Source of the DNA: a virus
Lineage: Duplodnaviria > Caudoviricetes
DNA length: 28,489 nt
IMG/VR virus record: IMGVR_UViG_3300030376_003179
Span: 1-28,489 of that record
Direction: 5' to 3' (one strand)
Shown: positions 1-7,607 of the stretch, piece after piece
Numbering within the stretch: position 1 is the first letter of the stretch
How the letters are laid out: every line of letters starts with the position of its first letter
The notes under the pieces: model-generated
What the model was told of the DNA's origin: nothing
Database searches by the model: none
What the model saw: the letters and a program-made list of their open reading frames with translations, nothing else
Translations under genes and position numbers: made by a program

Positions 1-378
1 CAAGGGTCGAAGGTTCGCACGCGTTACGGCATGCGTGAAGCGTCAAAGCGCGTTGGCCCTTGGCGTGATGCCGTCAGATCTGAAGCTCTTGCCGCACGAC
101 AGCCGCTGATTGAAGGCGCCTGCAAGGTGACAGCTGAGTTCAGGTTTCTGCGGCCTGCGTCGCATCTAACCGCAAAAGGGCTGGCTAGCAAGGCTTACCG
201 GCAGCACTACACGGTCAAACGCAACGATATTGACAAGTGCTGCAGGAGCACGCTGGATGGCCTCAGTGGCGCTGCGTATGCCGATGACTGCCTAGTGGTG
301 GAGCTTCACGCTTCGCAGCGATATTGCGTGCCAGGCGAAAGGCCAGGTGCATTTGTGACGGTCGAAGAACTGCCCTAA
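1..378 (+). CDS. rusA: RusA-like Holliday junction resolvase (5' truncated by window edge)
   Basis: Frame open from base 1 (QGSKVRTRYGMREASKRVGPWR...). Contains RusA-type motifs QGSK, F.F.RP, DIDK..RSTLDGL, YADD..VVEL. Confidence 0.85.
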   Translation, partial: QGSKVRTRYGMREASKRVGPWRDAVRSEALAARQPLIEGACKVTAEFRFLRPASHLTAKGLASKAYRQHYTVKRNDIDKCCRSTLDGLSGAAYADDCLVVELHASQRYCVPGERPGAFVTVEELP

Positions 379-440
379 TCCCATTAACAGGCACGGCAAA
401 AGACCCAATATTGAATGCAAATCAAACAAACGCCCCTGCT
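354..440 (+). promoter_or_regulatory. Early promoter cassette, degenerate copy 0
   Basis: TGTGACG-N10-TGCCCTA, ATCCCA, -35-like TTAACA (384-389), 17-nt spacer with GCA at spacer positions 7-9, -10-like AATATT (407-412). Same spacing as the four clearer copies; overlaps the end of rusA. Confidence 0.6.
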
Positions 441-1241
441 TTGACGAAAGATTATTTCAACCCTGATTACACAATCACAGCGAACGAACAAAAAAGACGA
501 AACCGAGAAGCATTTTTAAAAGATAAAATTTCCCAAATGGGCCATGACCCGAAAAAATACGAAGCATGGCATAGTGAGCTACAGCAAATTCAACTAAAAG
601 TTTTACCAGAACCCAAGCATGTCATTGGTCAAAAAATTGCAGCGATAGACTTCGAAAGATGCTCAGACAAGCAACTTGCATATATTTCTATAAAATTAAA
701 AAAAGAAACCATTAGGAGAAAAAATAAAATATTAGAGCAGGAAAGGCTTGAGCTTGCAATTAAAAGCAGAGAGCTTAAATTAAATGGCTGGCTTGAAAAA
801 AGCGAAGCGTTTTCAGAAATACGTCGAATTGTACTTGACTATCAAATTTTTGACCAAGTTACAAAAAACTCATTAAGCAACCAAAAGCTTATGCGAATGG
901 TTAAAGGTACCAAGGGATGGAATGAAGTTGGCCCAATGAAGAATGGGTACATTCATTGCAATGTTGAGCGAACTAATTTTTTGTTTGACCCAAAGAGGCT
1001 TTTATGCCACATTATTGATCAGTTAAAAACAAGATATGAATTTCATGAGTCAAATCTTATTCAACAAAAAGACAGAGCCGAGCGAGTAGAAGCGCAGAAA
1101 AATTTGTCTGCCCAGCAAACTGCACAGGCTTGGTATGAAAAAATGCAAAAGCAAAACGCGCAGTTTGAAAAAGCCTTAGCTGACGCTAAATCTCGGCAAA
1201 AGACGTCTGTTACTGAAAATGCTTTTGAAGAGATGTCATAA
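441..1241 (+). CDS. Hypothetical protein, Lys/Glu/Gln-rich, helical/coiled-coil; AT-rich gene
   Basis: Long ORF (track 324..1241). Probable start is the in-frame TTG at 441, just after the promoter cassette. Visibly more AT-rich than its neighbours. No family recognised. Confidence 0.7.
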   Translation: MTKDYFNPDYTITANEQKRRNREAFLKDKISQMGHDPKKYEAWHSELQQIQLKVLPEPKHVIGQKIAAIDFERCSDKQLAYISIKLKKETIRRKNKILEQERLELAIKSRELKLNGWLEKSEAFSEIRRIVLDYQIFDQVTKNSLSNQKLMRMVKGTKGWNEVGPMKNGYIHCNVERTNFLFDPKRLLCHIIDQLKTRYEFHESNLIQQKDRAERVEAQKNLSAQQTAQAWYEKMQKQNAQFEKALADAKSRQKTSVTENAFEEMS

Positions 1242-1249
1242 AGCCAAAT

Positions 1250-1333
1250 GCGGTCAATCACAAAACTGCCACAATCCCCTGCACAGGACTAGCAAGCAGA
1301 GCCATACTTCGGTCAGTTCAGGCAACCACCCCG
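1250..1333 (+). promoter_or_regulatory. Early promoter cassette copy 1
   Basis: GCGGTCA-N10-TGCCACA, ATCCCC, TGCACA (1280-1285), 17 nt, CATACT (1303-1308), then CAGTTCAGGCAACCACCCC and ATG at 1334. Confidence 0.8.
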
Positions 1334-1543
1334 ATGCTTTACTTCCACGAAACAACCCGCTACGAAGCCATGCAGGACGAGTGGGAAGACAGCCAGCCAC
1401 AGCACACGCCTTGCTGGCAGTTTGAGATCCCTTCCATTGGTGTTCTTGACTGGACCACGGACGAAGCCGAGCTGAATGGCTGGATCAAAGCAGCAATTGC
1501 TTGCGGCCAAGGCTTTAAGAAAACCTTTGTGGCTCCTTTCTAA
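1334..1543 (+). CDS. Hypothetical phage protein (69 aa)
   Basis: ATG directly after cassette 1; stop overlaps next start (TAATG). Confidence 0.75.
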   Translation: MLYFHETTRYEAMQDEWEDSQPQHTPCWQFEIPSIGVLDWTTDEAELNGWIKAAIACGQGFKKTFVAPF

Positions 1544-1815
1544 TGAACAGATATATATTCCCCCGCACCTACGCAGACCTTGATGCTGCGCCTTGGTGCG
1601 AGGGCTTTACTTACGATGAGACCCCTTTCGACAAAGGCGGTGGAATGTGGATCATTATTGATGATGAATGGTTTTCTAATGATTTTTTTGACAACGACGG
1701 AATTTCGTGCGCTTGTGGAGAAACTTTAGAAGCCGCTTTAGATGAGTTGCGACGCGATCTTTGGTGTTACATGCGCCCACCTGCTGAGGCCAAGGCTTCA
1801 AGAAAACCTTTATAG
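1543..1815 (+). CDS. Hypothetical acidic, Trp-rich phage protein (90 aa)
   Basis: Translationally coupled to upstream gene by TAATG overlap. Confidence 0.65.
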   Translation: MNRYIFPRTYADLDAAPWCEGFTYDETPFDKGGGMWIIIDDEWFSNDFFDNDGISCACGETLEAALDELRRDLWCYMRPPAEAKASRKPL

Positions 1816-1825
1816 CTCTTTTCTA

Positions 1826-2149
1826 ATGAAAAATTTTTTCAAGCTGACCAAAGAAGATGCGGACTTCATAGTTACGTATCTTCCTGACTCTCCACTAAAA
1901 AACCGTTTAGGAGACTTCACCAATAACTCTCCTGAAAAGCTTTACATAAGAATCGAAAAGCTTCTTGTAGACAACCATTTGCAAACCTGTTGGATACCAA
2001 CAATCGTTGAATTGGGGGAACTTCCCGGAGGCTTTGCGCTTGTTAAGGCTATTTCTGAAGCCGGTGGCTTAAAAAAGATTCGGCCAGAATACGCACGATA
2101 TTTGTTCAGTCGGGACAACTCATCACAAAAGCCAACCTATGAGTCTTAG
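1826..2149 (+). CDS. Hypothetical protein
   Basis: ATG at 1826 (MKNFFKLTKEDADF...) in the frame of track ORF 1742..2149; 10 nt after the previous stop. Confidence 0.6.
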   Translation: MKNFFKLTKEDADFIVTYLPDSPLKNRLGDFTNNSPEKLYIRIEKLLVDNHLQTCWIPTIVELGELPGGFALVKAISEAGGLKKIRPEYARYLFSRDNSSQKPTYES

Positions 2150-2330
2150 ACACCGCATCACCGGCGATAGCTGGGAGCGCATACAAAACCAAGCCAAGGC
2201 CGATGCACAAGATGCGTTTAAAACTGGCAAAACCAAGGGCCTCACTGCTCTTGGTCGTGCTTACTATCAAAAACTCACTAATGGCAAAGCCAGTGGACTA
2301 CACAATCGGTCAGCTCAGAAAAAAGCTTAA
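2139..2330 (+). CDS. Hypothetical small basic protein
   Basis: ORF fills gap in the co-oriented gene string; overlaps both neighbours. Confidence 0.5.
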   Translation: MSLRHRITGDSWERIQNQAKADAQDAFKTGKTKGLTALGRAYYQKLTNGKASGLHNRSAQKKA

Positions 2331-2472
2331 AGAGCAAGGTTGGCAGGTTTGGGCTTTTGATGGTGAAAACCAAAGCCGTACATATTACGCCAAGCACATT
2401 GCAACCGGCGAAGAATTTGACGGCACCTTGGCTGAGTTCAAGTTACTAGCAAAAAACGTTCTTTCACTTTGA
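2281..2472 (+). CDS. Hypothetical protein (63 aa)
   Basis: ATG at 2281 (MAKPVDYTIGQLRKKLKEQGWQVW...), ends 4 nt before next gene. Confidence 0.6.
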   Translation: MAKPVDYTIGQLRKKLKEQGWQVWAFDGENQSRTYYAKHIATGEEFDGTLAEFKLLAKNVLSL

Positions 2473-2476
2473 CCAC

Positions 2477-2818
2477 ATGATCAGCTCCCTTAACGATTGT
2501 GGCCCGTTGTTTAACTACCCAACGGCACCGCACAACAACACAGCAACCAGCCGTGATGCCGCTGAAAGCATCAAGCCACAAGTCAATCGACTGTGCTCTG
2601 AAGTTCTCCGCTGTATCCGCAACAGCCCTAATGGGATGACGTGCGATGAGGCAGAGGTTGCGCTGGGAATGCCGCATCAAACGTGTAGCGCACGGTTTCG
2701 TGACTTGGCAAAATGCGAGCCGCCGTTCATTGTGAAAAAGAAAGCATTTGATGGCAGTGAGTTGAAGCGGGACACACGCACTGGACGCGCGGCATTTGTG
2801 TGGGTGGTCAACGATTAA
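2477..2818 (+). CDS. Winged helix-turn-helix DNA-binding protein
   Basis: TS..AAESI motif followed by GMTCDEAEVALGMPHQTCSARFRDL (HTH) and wing RDTRTGRAAFVW, a common phage wHTH family. Confidence 0.75.
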   Translation: MISSLNDCGPLFNYPTAPHNNTATSRDAAESIKPQVNRLCSEVLRCIRNSPNGMTCDEAEVALGMPHQTCSARFRDLAKCEPPFIVKKKAFDGSELKRDTRTGRAAFVWVVND

Positions 2819-2819
2819 C

Positions 2820-2902
2820 TGTGCCAATCGGGTTTCTGGTCTAATCCCCTGCACAAGGTTTGCATTTGCCTTGATACTGACATCAGTCAAGCCAATCACC
2901 CC
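2820..2902 (+). promoter_or_regulatory. Early promoter cassette copy 2
   Basis: TGTGCCA-N10-TGGTCTA, ATCCCC, TGCACA (2850-2855), 17 nt, GATACT (2873-2878), CAGTCAAGCCAATCACCCC, ATG 2903. Confidence 0.8.
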
Positions 2903-3436
2903 ATGACAACCCTTCTCGATTACGACCTAGCCGTTCGTCGCGGCGGCAACAAGTACCGCTTGATTGCTCGCTCCTATGTCGCTCTGATGAATCAGGGCAA
3001 GGCTCGCAACTGCACCCAGGCTTACGCCACTTTCAGAGACGAGCACGAAGGCTGGACGTTTGAGGCCCTGCACAAGGCTTACGACGGTGTTCTGCCCAGT
3101 GGGTACCGCACCAAGACCGGCAACCAGTACGGCAGCGCAGGTCGCGGCCGTCAGGCCAAGCAAGCCAACGGCATGACCGAAGCCCAGCAGAAGCAGTTTG
3201 ACCGCTTTTGCAAGGCACCTGCCCGACTGGAAAAACAGTTCAACAAGACTGCTGAATACTTTCTGAGCTGCGGCCACACCGACCACCTGCTGGCGACCGC
3301 TAAGCGGTACAAAGACGCTGCCGAATACTGCCAAAGCCTGATCGGTGACATGCGAACCCTGACAGGCCTCTGGAACAACGGGATGCGAACCGGCGGTGAG
3401 CTTGAGAGCCTGATTGAACGGACTCTTAGGGTCTAA
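2903..3436 (+). CDS. Hypothetical protein (177 aa)
   Basis: ATG directly after cassette 2; strong GC3 codon bias. Confidence 0.8.
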   Translation: MTTLLDYDLAVRRGGNKYRLIARSYVALMNQGKARNCTQAYATFRDEHEGWTFEALHKAYDGVLPSGYRTKTGNQYGSAGRGRQAKQANGMTEAQQKQFDRFCKAPARLEKQFNKTAEYFLSCGHTDHLLATAKRYKDAAEYCQSLIGDMRTLTGLWNNGMRTGGELESLIERTLRV

Positions 3437-3449
3437 GGCCCCTAGGGGT

Positions 3450-3533
3450 TGTGCCGCCTGCATAACTTGCACAATCCCCTGCACAAGGGTGGCAATCAGG
3501 TCCATACTGACTTCAGTTCAGACAACCACCCCA
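3450..3533 (+). promoter_or_regulatory. Early promoter cassette copy 3
   Basis: TGTGCCG-N10-TTGCACA, ATCCCC, TGCACA (3480-3485), 17 nt, CATACT (3503-3508), CAGTTCAGACAACCACCCC, ATG 3534. Preceded by palindrome CCCCTAGGGG. Confidence 0.8.
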
Positions 3534-3806
3534 ATGTTTCAGCGCATCTTCGATACCGAAACTTTCAACCAAGCTCTTGGTTTTGCCACTTGTCTTGAAG
3601 AAAACATTGAAACCATCGGAGCCAAAGGCGGCTTTTTTATTGAAAAAGTGACCGTCCGCAAGGCCGCGACCAACATCGGCAACACCTGGACAAAGCACGT
3701 TGAAACCCGCTTTGTGCTCCGCGACATTGCCACCAACGAACTGCAGATCAGCGGCTCTCTCGATCGCTGCTTTGCACACATTGACGCAAAGTTGCTCGCA
3801 GCATGA
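3534..3806 (+). CDS. Hypothetical protein (90 aa)
   Basis: ATG at 3534 (MFQRIFDTETF...) after cassette 3; the track's upstream extension is just the translated cassette. Confidence 0.75.
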   Translation: MFQRIFDTETFNQALGFATCLEENIETIGAKGGFFIEKVTVRKAATNIGNTWTKHVETRFVLRDIATNELQISGSLDRCFAHIDAKLLAA

Positions 3807-3826
3807 GGCCTCCGGGCCTCTTTTTT
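3805..3826 (+). terminator. Rho-independent terminator
   Basis: GAGGCC-TCCG-GGCCTC hairpin followed by T6, directly after the stop and abutting cassette 4. Confidence 0.85.
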
Positions 3827-3909
3827 GTGCCAGTCAAATCTCTGGCACAATCCCCTGCATAGACCCAGCAAAAGCGGTCATACTTAGCTCAGTTCAGGCA
3901 ACCACCCCA
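3826..3909 (+). promoter_or_regulatory. Early promoter cassette copy 4 (perfect palindrome)
   Basis: TGTGCCA-N10-TGGCACA, ATCCCC, TGCATA (3856-3861), 17 nt, CATACT (3879-3884), CAGTTCAGGCAACCACCCC, ATG 3910. Confidence 0.85.
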
Positions 3910-4149
3910 ATGATCAGCAACAAAATCCACGCTCTTTACAAAATCAACAAAGGCGGCATCAAGACCGACTCTGTTGAGTTCGTCGAGTTTGAGGGCAGCG
4001 AAAACATCTCTGTCACTCGTTACCAGCTCAAGGGCTCTCAAGGGTTCTTCTCTTTACTTCCTGCCGGCAATCCTGAATACATGGATCGCGTAGAAGCTCG
4101 CAAGATTTGGACGGCAGCTAAAGCCAATGGATATCAAGCCATCGCCTGA
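3910..4149 (+). CDS. Hypothetical protein (79 aa)
   Basis: ATG at 3910 (MISNKIHALYK...) after cassette 4; C-terminal EARKIW....NGY. Confidence 0.75.
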   Translation: MISNKIHALYKINKGGIKTDSVEFVEFEGSENISVTRYQLKGSQGFFSLLPAGNPEYMDRVEARKIWTAAKANGYQAIA

Positions 4150-4197
4150 TCACCACGGGGGCTCTGCCCCCACATTCCCTTTCCCCCCCCTAAACCA

Positions 4198-4377
4198 ATG
4201 CACAAGCTTTACCGCCCACAAGAGCTGCCCTGCTGGATGGCTCCCCTGTTCACTTGCACCCTGCTGATTCTGTTCGGTGGCGCCTTCTGGGTCAGCCTCA
4301 CAGGCACTCTTAATCAGATGACAGAGCGCGACTGCCGCCTAGGCGTTCAGGCCGCCTGCGAGGCGCTTAAGCGATGA
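4198..4377 (+). CDS. Small single-pass membrane protein (59 aa; absent from ORF track)
   Basis: Manual translation MHKLYRPQELPCWMAPLFTCTLLILFGGAFWVSLTGTLNQMTERDCRLGVQAAC EALKR (no gap); ATGA overlap with next gene. Confidence 0.7.
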   Translation: MHKLYRPQELPCWMAPLFTCTLLILFGGAFWVSLTGTLNQMTERDCRLGVQAACEALKR

Positions 4378-4727
4378 GCAGCACTAACAAGTTTTCATAC
4401 ACAGGCTTTGGCATTCCTGACGAAGCCCCGAAGAGAAGGTGGGGGCATTGGCTCTTTGTCAGCTCAAACCTCACGCTTCTGCACGACAACGGCTACGAGA
4501 TAGATCTCGAAAGAATTAACAGTTGCGCCGAAATGCTTGATTGGATTTTTCAACTTAATCACAAAGTGAGTCGTCACTACGGGGAGGATGTCGTAAAAGA
4601 ACTCGTTGAAGCTTTTGACGACATTTTTGAGCCTCAAGGCAACTGCTGTTCGATGGGTAACGAAAGACCGTTTAGCGGCACAAAGCTGGCTAAGGCTTAC
4701 GCCCTACAACTCAAAGAAAGTAAATAG
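4374..4727 (+). CDS. Hypothetical protein (117 aa)
   Basis: Coupled to upstream gene; globular-looking YEIDLERI...MLDWIFQL segment. Confidence 0.7.
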   Translation: MSSTNKFSYTGFGIPDEAPKRRWGHWLFVSSNLTLLHDNGYEIDLERINSCAEMLDWIFQLNHKVSRHYGEDVVKELVEAFDDIFEPQGNCCSMGNERPFSGTKLAKAYALQLKESK

Positions 4728-4800
4728 GAGGACAAACCCCGTGAAACAACCACCCCTGGCCGATAAGACAGGGTCTGCCCGTTTGCAGACTACACGCAAA

Positions 4801-4989
4801 ATGACGCAGAACGAAGTTCTCAGAACATTCAGAGCCTGCCAGTCCCATGGCGGCTCATTCATGCGGACCTTGGCCACCGCTGGTCTTGTGGCCGATCCAG
4901 AGAACGTTGCCAAGATTCTTCGGAATTGGCCTCAAATTGAGGCGGTGTACGGCCCTGGTAGCAAATTTTACGAGCAGGAGCAGTTCTAA
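4801..4989 (+). CDS. Hypothetical phage protein (62 aa)
   Basis: ATG 4801; GGSF...LA.AG..ADP.N motif; TAATG overlap with exonuclease gene. Confidence 0.75.
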   Translation: MTQNEVLRTFRACQSHGGSFMRTLATAGLVADPENVAKILRNWPQIEAVYGPGSKFYEQEQF

Positions 4990-5768
4990 TGCCTGAGTTC
5001 AAACACGGCGACGAAGGTTATTTTGACGATCCTGCATACAGTCAAAGCGACTTAAAGGCCGTGCTCGATTGCCCGCAACTGCTGTGGGAGATGAAGCACA
5101 ACGGCGGACGGCGCAAACTGCCAACCGCAGCAATGCAGAGCGGAACTATTGACCACATGGCCGTTCTTGAGCCTGACAGGTTTGATAAAACCTATGCAGT
5201 CTGCGGACCGCGAAACACAAAGGCAGGGAAGGCCGCCGCTAAAGCTGCAGAAGATGCTGGCCTTGAGCCAATCACTCAAGCTCAATATGTTGAGGCGCAC
5301 AACGTCAATGCCGCAATCAGGCGGCACCCACTGGCAAAACAATTGCTAACAGATGGTCTGCCTGAAATTTCCATTTATGGGGAAGACGCAAGCACCGGCT
5401 TGAAAGTCAAAGGGAAGCTTGATTGGCTTGACGATCAGACAATTGTTGACCTCAAAACTGTTGGCCTTGGTGGTGCTAGCCCTGCTGCGTTCACTAAGCA
5501 AATCGTCAACTTTAGATATCATTTGCAAAGCGCCCACTACTTAGAATTGGCGCAGGCAAAAACCTTCATTTTTCTAGTTGTCGAGCGTGAGCCGCCCTAT
5601 CAAATCGGCATCTACGAACTAGACGATGACGCCTTAACTGAAGGCCGATGGCTACGCAAAAAAGCACTAGACACCGTGGCATTTTGCCGCGCTGCTAATA
5701 GCTGGCCCGGTTACACGCCAAACCAACCGCAAACCCTTTCGCTGCCCTCTTGGGGCTTTGACTCATGA
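4989..5768 (+). CDS. RecE/exonuclease VIII-like PD-(D/E)XK nuclease (DUF3799-type)
   Basis: YSQSDLK, AMQSGT..H..VLEP, E.SI, KGKLD, IVDLKT, YHLQSAHY, F.F.VVE..PPY; adjacent to annealase. Confidence 0.9.
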   Translation: MPEFKHGDEGYFDDPAYSQSDLKAVLDCPQLLWEMKHNGGRRKLPTAAMQSGTIDHMAVLEPDRFDKTYAVCGPRNTKAGKAAAKAAEDAGLEPITQAQYVEAHNVNAAIRRHPLAKQLLTDGLPEISIYGEDASTGLKVKGKLDWLDDQTIVDLKTVGLGGASPAAFTKQIVNFRYHLQSAHYLELAQAKTFIFLVVEREPPYQIGIYELDDDALTEGRWLRKKALDTVAFCRAANSWPGYTPNQPQTLSLPSWGFDS

Positions 5769-6439
5769 GTTTTTCGACAGAACAAGCCGAGGCTTTAATT
5801 CAGCCTCTTGATCGCAAGCATGTTAAAAGCCGCTCAGGTGGTGGCAACAGACAGCTTTCCTACATTGAGGGCTGGCATGCAATCGCAGAAGCCAACCGCA
5901 TTTTTGGCTTTGGCGGATGGACTAGCGAAACGCTTCAGATGGAATGCGTCTGCATGGAAGGCACCATCAGTTACATCGCAAAGGTGCGCGTGACAGTTGG
6001 TGGCATCAGCCGTGAAGGTTGGGGCGCTGGCCATGGACGCGGCGGCAGCGTAGGAGACAAGCACGAATCAGCCGTGAAGGAAGCCGAAACAGACGCCCGC
6101 AAACGTGCATTGATGACTTTTGGTAATCAGTTCGGCCTGGCCCTTTATGACAAAGAGCAAGCCAATGTTGAGGATGGCAGCACAGCCAAGCCAGCACCAG
6201 TCAAGTCCGAACCGCCCGCTGAATACAAACGCGAAGCTGTCGTTGCGGTAGGCACAGCAAAAAAGGCCAAGGACTGGAAAGACAAAATCAAAACCTTAGG
6301 CAATGACACCGATTGGTCAACAATCGAGGTGCACATTCGTCAAGACAAGGACTTCAATCAAAGTCAAATCAAGGTATTGCTTCAAGCGTTGTCTGATGCA
6401 AAAGCTAGAGCTGCTGAATTTTCCAACGTAAAACCATGA
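5765..6439 (+). CDS. Rad52/Rad22 (Sak)-family single-strand annealing protein
   Basis: LSYIEGWHAIAEANRIFGFGGW and HESAVKEAETDARKRALMTFGNQFGLALYD are Rad52-family signatures. Confidence 0.93.
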   Translation: MSFSTEQAEALIQPLDRKHVKSRSGGGNRQLSYIEGWHAIAEANRIFGFGGWTSETLQMECVCMEGTISYIAKVRVTVGGISREGWGAGHGRGGSVGDKHESAVKEAETDARKRALMTFGNQFGLALYDKEQANVEDGSTAKPAPVKSEPPAEYKREAVVAVGTAKKAKDWKDKIKTLGNDTDWSTIEVHIRQDKDFNQSQIKVLLQALSDAKARAAEFSNVKP

Positions 6440-6684
6440 CCCAAGATCAATATGACCCGGACTACGCCGGACCCTTTTTCACTGAACAGCAGTTAGCGCA
6501 ACGCTGGGGCAAACATACGAGCACGCTGGCCAGGTATCGCAAGCACGGAACTGGCCCTGTGTTCTACAAAGTGTCCCAACTTGCGTACGGTCCCAGAATA
6601 CCGGTGATCCGCTACAGGCTTCACGACGTGCTGGCCTACGAGCTGGCAAATTCAATCTTTCCTGATCTACACAACAATGTCTGA
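6436..6684 (+). CDS. Excisionase/AlpA-like HTH DNA-binding protein
   Basis: FTEQQLAQRWG...TLARYR..GTGP.FYK...IRYRL.DV..YE pattern of HTH_17/Xis proteins. Confidence 0.8.
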   Translation: MTQDQYDPDYAGPFFTEQQLAQRWGKHTSTLARYRKHGTGPVFYKVSQLAYGPRIPVIRYRLHDVLAYELANSIFPDLHNNV

Positions 6685-7060
6685 ATACATCGCAGCACTG
6701 CCCGTTAACGGCAAATGGAGCGTCTACGAAAACGGCCCTGACCACGAATACAGGCCCAATGGCAAAAGGCTTGTGCTCAAAATTCCCGTCGAATCTGTTG
6801 CAGCGTATGCGCAGTATTTGATGACGCTTGCGGATGACACCAGCAAGCACAAAGACATGAATGTCTGGGACTTTGCTGCCAAGCAATCCAAGTCAGTCAA
6901 GTGCATCAACGTCAGCCACAACGCAAAAGACGGCGCAACAGATGATGACGGCTGGTATGGCAGCATTGCCCCGGCTGCATTGACCCCACCAGCGGCACCA
7001 CAGGGCTGTCCGATGCCTGGAACGCTGCAGGGCAGCAATGACAACGACATTCCGTTCTGA
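6677..7060 (+). CDS. Probable single-stranded DNA-binding protein (atypical)
   Basis: Pro/Ala/Gly-rich linker ending in acidic DNDIPF tail like bacterial SSB; located in the exo-SSAP block. Core fold not recognised. Confidence 0.55.
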   Translation: MSEYIAALPVNGKWSVYENGPDHEYRPNGKRLVLKIPVESVAAYAQYLMTLADDTSKHKDMNVWDFAAKQSKSVKCINVSHNAKDGATDDDGWYGSIAPAALTPPAAPQGCPMPGTLQGSNDNDIPF

Positions 7061-7299
7061 TGGCAAGCCCTGAACTAAAAGCGTTTCACGCGCTTGACGG
7101 TATGGGCATGATCTTGGAGGGCGAGTTCTTCTCGCCTTCTAAAGCACAAGAAAGCCATTACACAGAATTGCTTGAAGCGGTTGAGAAAATACGAAAGCAA
7201 CCGATCAAACGGACCGCATCATCTCATCAGAATCAATCTCAGCAATTCGCTGCACAGCCTGGCTCAGTAGACGCGATTGGTGCCACGACGTGCGAATGA
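7060..7299 (+). CDS. Hypothetical protein; last + strand gene of the early arm
   Basis: TGATG coupling to upstream gene; 3' end overlaps the convergent gene by 95 nt. Confidence 0.55.
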   Translation: MASPELKAFHALDGMGMILEGEFFSPSKAQESHYTELLEAVEKIRKQPIKRTASSHQNQSQQFAAQPGSVDAIGATTCE

Positions 7300-7420
7300 G
7301 TGAGCTGCACAACTCTTGCAATGCCTGCACGTCTTCGACGTTGTAAATCGATCTGATCTGCCTTTCAAGGGTTAGTTCTTCTTGCAATTCCAGCTGTACC
7401 GACATCCAGTTCCAGCTCAT
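7205..7420 (-). CDS. Hypothetical helical phage protein (71 aa)
   Basis: Amphipathic LQEEL.LE...R.I...EDV..L..LC pattern; end of the - strand gene string. Confidence 0.7.
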   Translation of the reverse strand: MSWNWMSVQLELQEELTLERQIRSIYNVEDVQALQELCSSLIRTSWHQSRLLSQAVQRIAEIDSDEMMRSV

Positions 7421-7607
7421 GGGCTTTCAAGGATTGAAGAACTTTGCGCTCCTCTGAATAAGGAACCCGTACCCGCATGTAATCATGCACGCTGTGAATT
7501 AGCCAGTCTGGCGGCCAGCAGTTGCCCCAGTTCACAGGCTGAGCACAGCCAACAACCACCGTGCTGTAGAAGGCGACGAGATATGACCACAGCCAATAAA
7601 GATTCAA
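7365..7607 (-). CDS. Hypothetical protein with hydrophobic N-terminus
   Basis: MNLYWLWSYLVAFYSTVVVGC...; ATGA overlap with upstream gene. Confidence 0.6.
   Translation of the reverse strand: MNLYWLWSYLVAFYSTVVVGCAQPVNWGNCWPPDWLIHSVHDYMRVRVPYSEERKVLQSLKAHELELDVGTAGIARRTNP

Noticed and set aside
2927-3505. 192-aa minus-strand ORF (and 2438..2899, 3513..3871)
   Set aside because: Antisense shadows of codon-biased + strand genes that each have their own promoter cassette or operon context.
1250-3909. Repeats as a CRISPR array or as attC sites
   Set aside because: Copies are degenerate, separated by whole genes of 0.3-1.5 kb, and have promoter geometry; no cas or integrase gene and no GTTRRRY/RYYYAAC ends.
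3414-3909. N-terminal extensions of track ORFs 3414..3806 and 3700..4149 with similar TIPC...IL.SVQ.TTPM peptides
   Set aside because: These are translations of the promoter repeat; true starts are 3534 and 3910.
4728-4800. GGACAAACC...GAAA...ACGCAAA with two small hairpins, superficially like a c-di-GMP-I riboswitch
   Set aside because: The stem that should close the GAAA loop cannot form and spacing is wrong; left as unassigned hairpins.
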